NCBI GenBank assembly: GCA_033852135.1
Contig: JAWSVB010000016.1
Coordinates: forward strand, 100,938 to 164,937
DNA: 64,000 nucleotides
Source of the DNA: Gammaproteobacteria bacterium
Lineage (GTDB): Bacteria > Pseudomonadota > Gammaproteobacteria > QZLD01
Direction of reading: 5' to 3'
This document shows, in pieces, positions 36,983-46,983 of the stretch. The position numbers and the translations under genes are program-made. Under the pieces are notes generated by a model, which was not told where the DNA came from, did no database searches, and saw only the letters and a program-made list of their open reading frames with translations. The first letter of the stretch is position 1. Every line of letters begins with the position of its first letter.

Positions 36983-39796
36983 TTAACCAAGGTTAATCCC
37001 TTCCGTGCCTTCTGCAGCTAGGAGCCAACGGTCAAGCGTATCTTGAAGCTGCTCTAACCTTACAGGTTTTGAAAGGTGGTCGTTCATACCCGCTTTAAGA
37101 CATTTTTCTTTGTAGCCTGTAGCAGCATGTGCTGTTAATGCGATGATAGGAACTGGAGGTAGGCCGTTTACCTCTTCGCGCTCACGAATAAGCTGCGTTG
37201 CTTGATAACCGCTCATTACTGGCATTTCACAGTCCATTATAATGGCGTCATATCTTACTTTAGATGAGGCTGTAACAGCTTCCTGACCATTCGTAGATAC
37301 GTCAGCATGGTAGCCAAGCTTGAGCAATAACCCTAAAGCAACTTTCTGGTTAATTACATTATCTTCAACTAGAAGTATGCGTCTAGCCCTATAGTCTTTT
37401 TCTTGTAGCGTATGTCTGGTTACAAGTACTGGGTCTTCGACATCTTCAGCTAGACCCATAACAGTAGCTATACAATCATATATCTGAGCTTGAGTTATTG
37501 GCTTGGTGAAATATCCATTAAAGCCAGACTCACGAGCCAGCTTGCCGTCACCACGTACACTAACTGATGTAAGAAGAACAAGCTTCATATTGGCTAAAAC
37601 AGGATCGTCACGGATGATTTTTGCTAGTTCTATACCGTCCATGCCAGGCATATTTCTATCAATAACGGCTAAGTCATATGGGGTACCTTGAACCACAGCA
37701 TGTCTAAGTTCTTTTAGACCATCTTCACCACCCGACTCAGTGGTACATAGAATACCTTTGGTCTCTAATACTCTTTCAAGAATCTCTAGACTGGTAGGGT
37801 TATCATCTACGCACATAACACGTAGACCTTTTATATCTTCAAGAGGTTTAAACTTAGGCAGGTGCTCTTCCACACATTTAGAGTGGATAGTAAACCAGAA
37901 GGTACAGCCCTTGCCATCCTCAGATTTAAGCCCAATCTCACCATCAAACATATCAACAAGGCGACGACAAACATTAAGACCAAGTCCCATTCCATTTGAA
38001 GATGCTTGAATATTAGTATGGTCGACAACAGATTTCGCAAATCCTTCTGATATTACTTGTCGGCGCTCTTCAGGCATTCCAAGTCCAGTATCAGAGATCT
38101 GAATTTCAAGAATATTTCCTTGCGAGTCTTCGCCAACATGGTCGGCTCTGACTATTATCTCACCTTTATCTGTGTATTTAACTGCATTACTAAGCAAGTT
38201 GTTTAATATCTGTCTAAACCTAGTTGGATCGCCACAGATTATAGATGGTACAGATGGGGAGATTAAACATGAGATAGTTACAGGTTTATCGATAACAACT
38301 CTTTCATAAACTCTGCATAACTCTTCAATGACGCGGCGCATATCAAAATTGATATATTCAAAATCAAGCTTGCCCGATTCAATTCTAGAGAAATCAAGAA
38401 CATCATTCATAACAGCAAGCAAAGCATTACCAGAACTTATCGCTGTATCTAATAATTGTGTTTGCTTGTCATTTAAAGTTTCTTGTTTCAGAAGAGTCAA
38501 CATTCCAAGCACGCCATTCATAGGCGTTCTTATCTCGTCACTTGTGTTAGCTAAGAATTCTGTTTTAGCTCTACTTGCAGCACGAATATCTTCAAGAGCA
38601 TGGTCGAGAAGCACATTCTTTGCTTCAAGTTCACTGGTATATTCTGCAAGTTGCTGTTCCATTTGTGCACGTTTAGTAACATCACGAAACATTCCGATAT
38701 ACTTAACCTTGTTTCCATGCATCAAACGACTGATACCAAGCTCAAGGGAGAACTTTTGTCTATCTACGGTAAACCCTTCAATTGGGATAACTGGATGGGC
38801 ATTGCCACCAAGTTGGGTATCTTCAATAGAGTGAAAATCACCACTGTCGATTCTAGATTTAATTCCTGGGATGAATGTCTCGATATTTTCCCCGACACCC
38901 TGCCCTTTTTCACATCCGAGCATTCGTTGGGCTGAAGGGTTTAAAGTTTCAACTACACCAGTATGGTCTGAGAGAAATATCCCATCTACAGCACGATCGA
39001 ATATAGACTGCATCCTTTCAGCTGTTCCACTTTGCAAAACCTCACGCTTTTGCACCGAATCACGCATCATACGAAAACTTGTAATTAGCGATCCTATCTC
39101 ATCATTTCTACCACGAGGCAAACGAACATTGTAATCACCAGATGCTGATGCCCAGATTGCGCGTGCAATCCTTGATATAGGGCGAATTATCTGCGTTTCA
39201 AATAATATGGTTACTATGGCGATAGCGCCTAAAATATTCCAGATGAGCAACACTTCCCAATTACGGTGCTGCGGCATACTGTCATAGCCCATGTCATATT
39301 CAAGCTCGATAAACCCTATCAGATTTTTATTGCTGAGAATTTCATGTTTATACTTTTTTGTAACTGTTAACTTGTCATTAATTACATTTCGCACGGTCTT
39401 GGATAAAGCTATTTGTGATGCCTTGTCATTTTGATTAGAGCTTTGTTTTTTAACCGGGGCTGAATCTTCTTGTTGGTCGCCAAAGGCTCCTGAGTGTCGC
39501 CACTCATTCTTTTCACTAAATAGTAATTTATCGTCTTTATCAGATACTGATATAGATATCCAATCCTCTCGCATTGCGAAAGCCATACCAAGCCGTTGGG
39601 TAATCTTGGCAATATTTTTTTCTTGGATTGGATTTATGAGAACTGCTGAAAGGACATCAACACGTTCAATAATTCTTTCTTGCTTAAGTTTGTCATCACT
39701 CTCTGTAGAAGCAGGAATCCAGTACTGGTCAAGATAGACAAGCTCTACAATCCCAATAAACAGAAGTAGCAAAATCAACTTGGTACGAATGCGCAA
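36983..39796 (-). CDS. Membrane hybrid sensor (HAMP, PAS, HisKA-like lacking His, HATPase, 2 REC)
   Basis: 2 TM segments, HAMP (DEIGSL), H-box reads FLANTSDEIRTPMNG, DRNMP, DCEMP. Confidence 0.9.
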   Translation of the reverse strand: MRIRTKLILLLLFIGIVELVYLDQYWIPASTESDDKLKQERIIERVDVLSAVLINPIQEKNIAKITQRLGMAFAMREDWISISVSDKDDKLLFSEKNEWRHSGAFGDQQEDSAPVKKQSSNQNDKASQIALSKTVRNVINDKLTVTKKYKHEILSNKNLIGFIELEYDMGYDSMPQHRNWEVLLIWNILGAIAIVTILFETQIIRPISRIARAIWASASGDYNVRLPRGRNDEIGSLITSFRMMRDSVQKREVLQSGTAERMQSIFDRAVDGIFLSDHTGVVETLNPSAQRMLGCEKGQGVGENIETFIPGIKSRIDSGDFHSIEDTQLGGNAHPVIPIEGFTVDRQKFSLELGISRLMHGNKVKYIGMFRDVTKRAQMEQQLAEYTSELEAKNVLLDHALEDIRAASRAKTEFLANTSDEIRTPMNGVLGMLTLLKQETLNDKQTQLLDTAISSGNALLAVMNDVLDFSRIESGKLDFEYINFDMRRVIEELCRVYERVVIDKPVTISCLISPSVPSIICGDPTRFRQILNNLLSNAVKYTDKGEIIVRADHVGEDSQGNILEIQISDTGLGMPEERRQVISEGFAKSVVDHTNIQASSNGMGLGLNVCRRLVDMFDGEIGLKSEDGKGCTFWFTIHSKCVEEHLPKFKPLEDIKGLRVMCVDDNPTSLEILERVLETKGILCTTESGGEDGLKELRHAVVQGTPYDLAVIDRNMPGMDGIELAKIIRDDPVLANMKLVLLTSVSVRGDGKLARESGFNGYFTKPITQAQIYDCIATVMGLAEDVEDPVLVTRHTLQEKDYRARRILLVEDNVINQKVALGLLLKLGYHADVSTNGQEAVTASSKVRYDAIIMDCEMPVMSGYQATQLIREREEVNGLPPVPIIALTAHAATGYKEKCLKAGMNDHLSKPVRLEQLQDTLDRWLLAAEGTEGINLG

Positions 39797-40083
39797 CGAC
39801 TTAAACTCCTAATACTCCATCTTACTAAAATAACCAGTAAATCTATGGAAAATCAATCATGACAAGCTTTAAGTATAGGCTATATAAACAACTTTTCATG
39901 CATATCTCATGGATAAGAAAAATTTATAAGGTTCATACGGCCTGTAAAAAATAATTAACAGACCTTATACCCTTAACTAACAAGTTTCAACTCTATAGTT
40001 TGCATTATCAATCATCTTTACATCTATGATTTGCAGCTAAAAAACTCTTAATTAAAATTTAAGAAAAAAATCATAGAGTAAGG

Positions 40084-43000
40084 TTATTCTTCCTCTTCTT
40101 CTTCATTAAACCAATTCAATAAAAGCTCATCCACAGTCGAAATTTTTCGAGCTGGTAGTGCATGATTGAGTACGGTTTTAACAGCCCCATGAACAGTTTT
40201 TGATAAATTATTATCCAAAATTGACTGATGAATACTTGGAGCTTGATCCCATGGAGCTAAATATACATCTGGAAAATCAACCCACCCTGCGTCAATCATT
40301 CTATTTAAAGCATTTAGCTCATTAACATTACAAAGATTTGTGCCAACTATGGTTGCTGAAGGCATTATTATTTTACGCTGCTGAATTGATACTTGGGGTG
40401 CATAAAAGCTATAGCGCTTACCACCCATATCTCCCAGATAGACTACTCGCCCTGAAAGGGGTTTTACCAGCATTGATGAGATTGCCAAGGTATCTTTATG
40501 CGCTCTTTCAATGACTATATCTACTTTATGCTTAGTTTTACCGAAGTATGAGCTTATTTTTTTAGCAATTGGCGCATATGTATTTGCTGTAAACTTACGA
40601 ATTCCATCCCTAAATTTATTCGCATTTATCATCGGGTCTGGAAGAACAGGCATACCATTAAACCATTCAAACTTTGAATTTTCCTGTTCCAATTTCTCTA
40701 GTGAGAATATCCCAACTATCGACTTCCCAAACCCCATCGAATCGACATATAAGCATTGCTCTGCTGTCTCAGCAACTACAACAACATGAGCACCTGATTC
40801 CCTTAATATTTCAATGGTTTCCAGCCCAATTACATCTTGTACAGCTTTTCCATCACCATAAAAAACTAGTACTGAATCACCAGGAACAACATCTGCTCTA
40901 CTAAGCATCTCATATGCGCTAACTCGCCCTGGCTTACCAATAAAAGTCATATTGTAGCCAGTTGTAGCATTATGAAATGCAATAGTTCCACCAGGTATCA
41001 AAGATTGGAAACTCCGTGGAAACACCTCTTCTCCAGCATGAGATATGACGTAATCCATTAAGTTTCCGTCATTTTTATCTCTAACTTTTTCTAAAAATGA
41101 CTCTCCCCAATGCAGCCATCTACGCCACTCAGAAGGATCTTCCGGTACTCTGGCAAAACAATCCTGAGTAGTTAAGTCATCCCTGCTGATGATAGGTATT
41201 CCATTTTTTTCAGCCACTGCAATTCTTTTCTTGTTGGGAACCATTCCAGTAACTTTCATGCGGTGCGCACAAGCAAGTTTTACTGCCCAACTACCAGATG
41301 CTGAGGCAGCCCCTTCAATAAGAATCCGCTTTCTTGGCTTAGCTTTCAAAGCTGTGAATAATGTACGATAAACCGTACCAGCAGGCAGAAGATAACTACC
41401 AACTAACTCAAATGGAACGCCTTTAGGAGGCTTGATACATTGCGGTCCATCAACTGTAATAAATTGCTGATGTGAGCCATCTGGCGAATCCATCCCCTGA
41501 CTATGGAACCCCTCTCCCATAGGCTCTGTAACGGCCTCTGGTGAGAGAAAGTTAATAACACCAGGGTATATAGAAACCACATCTCCTATCTTTAACCTAT
41601 CTGTAAGAAGCAGCTCTTCACCTAGCCCAACTACAAGCCCAACACCACCAGATCCGGTAATATGGACATCTTGGTCATGCATATTAAATACAGATTCAGG
41701 GAAACCTGAAAGCGCACTTATATCATCACGATTAATCTCTGAACCAAGTACATACAAAAGTGCCTGGTGTGGACGTGGTTTTGGAACAGAAACTATAATC
41801 TGCTTTTCAGCTCGAATTGGCTCACCATGCAATGCTTCACCAGTTTCAAGGTCTTTAACTACTGCGTAAGCGAATTGCCATTTTGGCAGAGGCGTTTTTC
41901 CTGGATAGAAAGGAGAGCCTATCTTTAATAGTTTTCCTTCAGCAATTAATTCATCGTTTTGCTTTTCTGAAAAAACCGGGCGATATACTGTAGGCAATGG
42001 TGGAGATTTCTTAGTAAAGAACAGCTCCAACCCTTTCATACCGCCATGTTCGCCATCTATAACTGCTGCAGAAAATGCTTCCGCTTCAGCAGCTAAACCA
42101 ACTTCAAACCCTTGCTGAAACCCCATCTGTACCAGTTTAACTATCGCATTTGCAACTTTTCCACGACCAACACTCACAGCCTGACGCAAACATCGCTGAA
42201 TCTCACTATGCTCTAAAATTACAGACCATGGCACTGGAACAGGATGAGCCCACGAAGCAACATCATCAGCTCTCTTTTTCATGGCTTTAAACACAGTATC
42301 GTCTGAACCCTGAATAGCAGATATTGCAAGAGAATGAGCACAAGTTAAAGCATCAGCTGCTCCACCAGTTAATTTATCGATTAGACCTAAATCAAAGGCC
42401 TTTTCAGCATCAATCTGACGACCAGATAACAGCAGGAATAATGATTCATTAAGCGCCCTTTCAAGTGAAGGTGTATTCGATACCATTACCCTTGGAACGC
42501 GCTGAGTTCCCCCAAACCCTGGTGGAATGAACAAATTGATTTCAGGCTGGGAAAATAAAGCCCCTCGATCTGCAACACGATAGTGGCAAGCCATAGCTAA
42601 CTCACAACCACCACCTAAAGCCAAACCACTTATCGCAGCAATTACAGGCTTCTTCATCTGTTCAATCTGAGAAAATAACGCATGTCCTTTTGCAGCAAAA
42701 GCTCGCGCAGTTTCTCTATTTTTAATCTGAGTATAGATCTGTCTAATATCTGCCCCGGCAACAAAACACTTTTGGTTTTTGCTACCGATAACGATGCATT
42801 TTACATTAGCATCCTGCTCTAACTCACCGATAAGTTTGATTAAATCATCAAGAACTTCATTTGATAATGCATTTACAGGGGGCGCATCAACAATCAGAGT
42901 CACAAGATAAACTTGTTTTCCAAAACTATTAATAACTGAATAGTATTCAGCCCTTACTGAACGTTCTTTTCTTACAAGCAAATTTGAGAATGACTTGTTT

Positions 43001-45579
43001 AATTGGCTGCGCCATTTACTTACCTTGTGCTGCAGCTCATCAATAGACTCTAGGTTTATAACACCAGATTTATCACCATCTGTAATATCATAAATATTAT
43101 CGACAATTAATCGGCGTACATACTTTCCATTTTGAGTTTCAGGAAACTCAGAAACCACTATATATGTCTCAGGAATAGCAAGGGAACCCATTTCAGATTC
43201 AATAAAATTATTAACTCTATCTACATCGATCTTAGCAAGCTTATAGCCAGGTCTTATCTTAATAAACGCAAGTGGAACATTACCGTTATTTGCATCCGGG
43301 GCTGCTATAACGATACAGTCATCAATGGGAGAATCAGAATTAATAAATTTATCTCTACGGATAGCTTTTTCAATATTTGATGCAGTAAAAATGTTCCCGC
43401 TAACATTTATCGAATCATCATAATAATCATGAAAGCTATAGCTATATTCATCATTAATACAAGCAAAATCACCTAGCAGAATTGCATCATCATGATTACC
43501 ATCGTCATCACAATATTTTAAACAATACTGATTTTTATAAGCTGGTAGGTTACCTACCCAATCATCATTAGCAACATTGTCTCCATCACCCCATAGAGTA
43601 AGCATCATGGTAGGCAATGGCTTATTAATAACTAATTCACCCCACTCATTGTTTTCAGCTATGCGATAACGGAACCTATTGTCCTTATCTTTTTTAATTG
43701 CTGGAATTCTAATCTGGGTTGAAATCCAAGGCAAAATATAGGCTGTACCATCAGATTTAAGACGATAATCAGAGTTGCCATAAAAATGGCTCCAAGCAAT
43801 GCTCCCAGTCTCAGTACTGATATAGGAATTAATGAAATTAGGAGTTAAAAGCTCCATCGCAAAACGATGGATTTTATTATTAATCGGCTCTGCTGAAAAA
43901 GATGCAACTCGTAAAGTTGAAAGGTCATAACTTTCGATTAAACGTTGCTTCTCTGTATCCAGCATAAATTCTTGGATTAAAGATGCTTTTGTAATAAGAA
44001 TAGTAACTTGGCGCCTATAAATTACAGAAGCAAATCTGCCGGCATCAGGGAATGTATGGGATCCTTCAACTAAAACACCTGTAATTCTATTAACCAGCGA
44101 AGCCGAAATAAGATATGACTGGCCAATAATTCCACCAGGATCAGCTGTAACATAAATAACATCACGACCAGGGATAGCATCAAAGCAAATTTTAACGCTG
44201 TTATGCACCCCAAGTGCAATACTACTATGAGTATGAACAATTGGTTTTGGCCTTCCGGTTAAGCCAGCAGTATAGGCAATCAACATAGGAAATGAAGCCG
44301 GTACAGGCTGACAAGGGCAAACATCCCAAAGAGCAGCTACCAACTCAGGGCCTGCCATTTTTTCAAGCTCTTTATATTGTTCTAACCCTAACTTATTACA
44401 AATGGTATTCGTTGCATGCTCTATGACAGAAGTAGCAGCATGATCTCTACCTTCAGACTTATTCCACGACAACTCATCATTACATACATTATCAATAACA
44501 ATTACGTTTTCAGTTACCCGCGGAATATCACGAATTTGATTGAGTAAGTTAGTACGAAAATCTATTGATTTGATAGCATCTAGCATCCCCTGCTCTATCA
44601 ACACATCTCCAACATCCTGTAGCACTATAGCAGGAGCAATTGTTAGCTGGTCGCGCAAAGAATCTATGACTCGCATAGTAATTTCACGAGCTAAAACAGG
44701 GTCACAATATTCTGTAGCTAGTTTATCTACAATTTCTATCACTTTCTTTGTAGATACGTATTTACTAAGAGCAGGGTCAACAACTTCATCCTTGAAGCCA
44801 ATGATTTTGCCATCTTTTCTGGCGCCATTTGCAGTTATTAGAAGCTTTGCTCCTACTTCCTCCAACCTATCAGCCACAGTTTTTTCAGATAAACCAGAAT
44901 ATATCGATGTATAAATCACTCCAAGGCGCTTTGCCCCCTGTATCCATACAACCTGATCGATGATATTTGGAAGGAACAGCGCAATTCTATCCCCTTCCTT
45001 GAGGCCCAACTCTTTTAATGCACAAGCTGCAATCACTGATTGGGTAAATAGTTCTTTTCGTGTGATGCTACCTTCATGCAAAGGCTTTCCTAATCCACCA
45101 TAGGCACTAGCATCCCACTCTTCACCTTCAAAGATGAATGCTGCTTCATTACCTTGCCCACCGAGAACATGCCTATCAACTTCATTAAAAGCAGCATTGG
45201 TTAATCCACCTTTAAACCATTTATAGCAAGGCTTTACACTATCATCTAAAACTTTTTTCCAAGGTGTCCATTGTTCTAAAGAGATTGGACCAACATCAAC
45301 ACAGCGCCACCCTTGCCAACGACCAGAGGTACTTTGTAAAAGCCAGGATTTTCTTTCTTCGCTGTACCAATGAATTGATTTTGCAGCTTGATCTGCAAAA
45401 AAAGACTCAGGATCATTAGCGCACTTAGAGCGCATCTCTTCACATTGCTGCATATTTTTTAAGGGATTATCACGCATATCAACTGGTAACTGAGGCACCA
45501 GATCTCCATCAGAAGAACTAATAGGGTTAATTTTGAATTCACCTGTGGCGATAGGATCTACTACTTCCTGCTCCTGCAT
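40084..45579 (-). CDS. pcs: Trifunctional propionyl-CoA synthase homologue (acyl-CoA ligase + enoyl-CoA hydratase + enoyl-CoA reductase), divergent
   Basis: 1831 aa: ACS-like N-part (TNAAFNEVDRH), crotonase (AGADI, GGGCE, QPEINL..PGFGGTQR), MDR reductase (HITGSGG, DGSHQQF, SHAGE..FPRSFQ). Confidence 0.85.
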   Translation of the reverse strand: MQEQEVVDPIATGEFKINPISSSDGDLVPQLPVDMRDNPLKNMQQCEEMRSKCANDPESFFADQAAKSIHWYSEERKSWLLQSTSGRWQGWRCVDVGPISLEQWTPWKKVLDDSVKPCYKWFKGGLTNAAFNEVDRHVLGGQGNEAAFIFEGEEWDASAYGGLGKPLHEGSITRKELFTQSVIAACALKELGLKEGDRIALFLPNIIDQVVWIQGAKRLGVIYTSIYSGLSEKTVADRLEEVGAKLLITANGARKDGKIIGFKDEVVDPALSKYVSTKKVIEIVDKLATEYCDPVLAREITMRVIDSLRDQLTIAPAIVLQDVGDVLIEQGMLDAIKSIDFRTNLLNQIRDIPRVTENVIVIDNVCNDELSWNKSEGRDHAATSVIEHATNTICNKLGLEQYKELEKMAGPELVAALWDVCPCQPVPASFPMLIAYTAGLTGRPKPIVHTHSSIALGVHNSVKICFDAIPGRDVIYVTADPGGIIGQSYLISASLVNRITGVLVEGSHTFPDAGRFASVIYRRQVTILITKASLIQEFMLDTEKQRLIESYDLSTLRVASFSAEPINNKIHRFAMELLTPNFINSYISTETGSIAWSHFYGNSDYRLKSDGTAYILPWISTQIRIPAIKKDKDNRFRYRIAENNEWGELVINKPLPTMMLTLWGDGDNVANDDWVGNLPAYKNQYCLKYCDDDGNHDDAILLGDFACINDEYSYSFHDYYDDSINVSGNIFTASNIEKAIRRDKFINSDSPIDDCIVIAAPDANNGNVPLAFIKIRPGYKLAKIDVDRVNNFIESEMGSLAIPETYIVVSEFPETQNGKYVRRLIVDNIYDITDGDKSGVINLESIDELQHKVSKWRSQLNKSFSNLLVRKERSVRAEYYSVINSFGKQVYLVTLIVDAPPVNALSNEVLDDLIKLIGELEQDANVKCIVIGSKNQKCFVAGADIRQIYTQIKNRETARAFAAKGHALFSQIEQMKKPVIAAISGLALGGGCELAMACHYRVADRGALFSQPEINLFIPPGFGGTQRVPRVMVSNTPSLERALNESLFLLLSGRQIDAEKAFDLGLIDKLTGGAADALTCAHSLAISAIQGSDDTVFKAMKKRADDVASWAHPVPVPWSVILEHSEIQRCLRQAVSVGRGKVANAIVKLVQMGFQQGFEVGLAAEAEAFSAAVIDGEHGGMKGLELFFTKKSPPLPTVYRPVFSEKQNDELIAEGKLLKIGSPFYPGKTPLPKWQFAYAVVKDLETGEALHGEPIRAEKQIIVSVPKPRPHQALLYVLGSEINRDDISALSGFPESVFNMHDQDVHITGSGGVGLVVGLGEELLLTDRLKIGDVVSIYPGVINFLSPEAVTEPMGEGFHSQGMDSPDGSHQQFITVDGPQCIKPPKGVPFELVGSYLLPAGTVYRTLFTALKAKPRKRILIEGAASASGSWAVKLACAHRMKVTGMVPNKKRIAVAEKNGIPIISRDDLTTQDCFARVPEDPSEWRRWLHWGESFLEKVRDKNDGNLMDYVISHAGEEVFPRSFQSLIPGGTIAFHNATTGYNMTFIGKPGRVSAYEMLSRADVVPGDSVLVFYGDGKAVQDVIGLETIEILRESGAHVVVVAETAEQCLYVDSMGFGKSIVGIFSLEKLEQENSKFEWFNGMPVLPDPMINANKFRDGIRKFTANTYAPIAKKISSYFGKTKHKVDIVIERAHKDTLAISSMLVKPLSGRVVYLGDMGGKRYSFYAPQVSIQQRKIIMPSATIVGTNLCNVNELNALNRMIDAGWVDFPDVYLAPWDQAPSIHQSILDNNLSKTVHGAVKTVLNHALPARKISTVDELLLNWFNEEEEEE

Positions 45580-46148
45580 TACTGCTCCTTGTTACGAAAT
45601 AGAAACTATGCCAATCTATTTCGATCCATCTATAAAAAATAACCCTTAATGACAACACGTGTATTTTTGAAATAAGGAAAAGAGATGATACCCCGTATCC
45701 ATTAGGGTTTTCCAGCTTAAAAAAGTATTTTCTTAAAAAATTATAAAAGACTCTAACGTATTAGCAATCCGTTATTAAATTAATGAAATTTAATCTAAAT
45801 AGTTAGCTTATGTGAAAAAAATGGATAAGAGCTGCAGAAATGAATTTTATCAATTTGTTTAAATAAAACAGCCTATCCAATCTAATGAAGATTGAATTAA
45901 TTATAAATATTGTTTTTAATCAATGAAATAGCAACAAATTAATTAGTGAATAATTCACCAACAAAGATTTAAAGTATAGCTCCGTAATTTCAAACAAAAT
46001 GATAACCAATTCAAGAAAGTAAATTAAATTAAATATTTTTTATATTTCTGATTTATAAGCGTTTACAAACCTTTTTTTTGTATATTCTTATAGTTAAATA
46101 AGCATAAATTAAAGCTGGAATAAAAAAGTAAAAAGCTGGGAGTTAGCA

Positions 46149-46364
46149 ATGGGTACTTTAATAGATGAGACTGATGAAATAGATATCGAAGCAGAATGGG
46201 CAGACCAAGTTGTCAAATGCCCTCTCACTGGCCGTAAAAAAAGAGTTGTCGAAACAAAACGTGGAAATAGAAAACGTGTTGAAGAGCTCGAAGAGTTGCG
46301 CCAACTTAGAGAGCTAATAGATGACTACGATAGTAGTTACGATTCCAATTTAGGGTACAACTAG
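46149..46364 (+). CDS. Small acidic hypothetical protein
   Basis: GGGAG RBS; RKRVEEL.ELRQLRELIDD; downstream hairpin. Confidence 0.7.
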   Translation: MGTLIDETDEIDIEAEWADQVVKCPLTGRKKRVVETKRGNRKRVEELEELRQLRELIDDYDSSYDSNLGYN

Positions 46365-46441
46365 CACTATTACTCACGGCTATTGAAGTATACTCCTCCT
46401 CTACTTTAAATTGAGGAGGAATAGTTCCTATATCCGTTTAA

Positions 46442-46897
46442 TTAATATTTGCAGTCACTCAAATCAAGATGAATTGATTGATTTTTTCTTACTTCAATTT
46501 TGAGTCTCTCAACTATTTTAGAGATAGCTTCATCACTATAGCTACTTCCAGCAGACACACCCCAAACAGGCCCAGGCCAACCGGCATCATCTTCCTGCCT
46601 ACCAATCACATGAACATGAAGCTGCTTAACAATGTTCCCTAAAGCTCCCACATTCAATTTATCAAACTTACCAACCTCCTGCATAAGAACAGACATAGCA
46701 TTGATCTCATCCATCAAATAATACCTATCTGCTGTCGATAACTGGAAAATTTCAGTAGTATTTGCCCGCAATGGAACCAAGATAAACCACAACCAAGCGT
46801 CTTTATTTATTAAGCGCAATTGGCATAGATCAAATTGACCAATAAATATTGAATCTTGCTCAAGCCTTTCATCCAGTTTAAAAGCATTTTCGTTCAT
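46442..46897 (-). CDS. HIT-family protein
   Basis: FKLDERL, KLNVGALGNIVKQLHVHVIGR..D.GWPGPVW. Confidence 0.92.
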   Translation of the reverse strand: MNENAFKLDERLEQDSIFIGQFDLCQLRLINKDAWLWFILVPLRANTTEIFQLSTADRYYLMDEINAMSVLMQEVGKFDKLNVGALGNIVKQLHVHVIGRQEDDAGWPGPVWGVSAGSSYSDEAISKIVERLKIEVRKNQSIHLDLSDCKY

Positions 46898-46983
46898 TAG
46901 GTTTCTCCAGATATAAATTTAAAAACATTCGGATAAAAAAACGTTATCATGGTGCAAACTTTCTAAGGTAATACTCAGCAATC

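Noticed and set aside
40084-45579. pcs as evidence of the 3-hydroxypropionate bicycle
   Set aside because: No malonyl-CoA reductase or other cycle genes in the window, and catalytic motifs are degenerate
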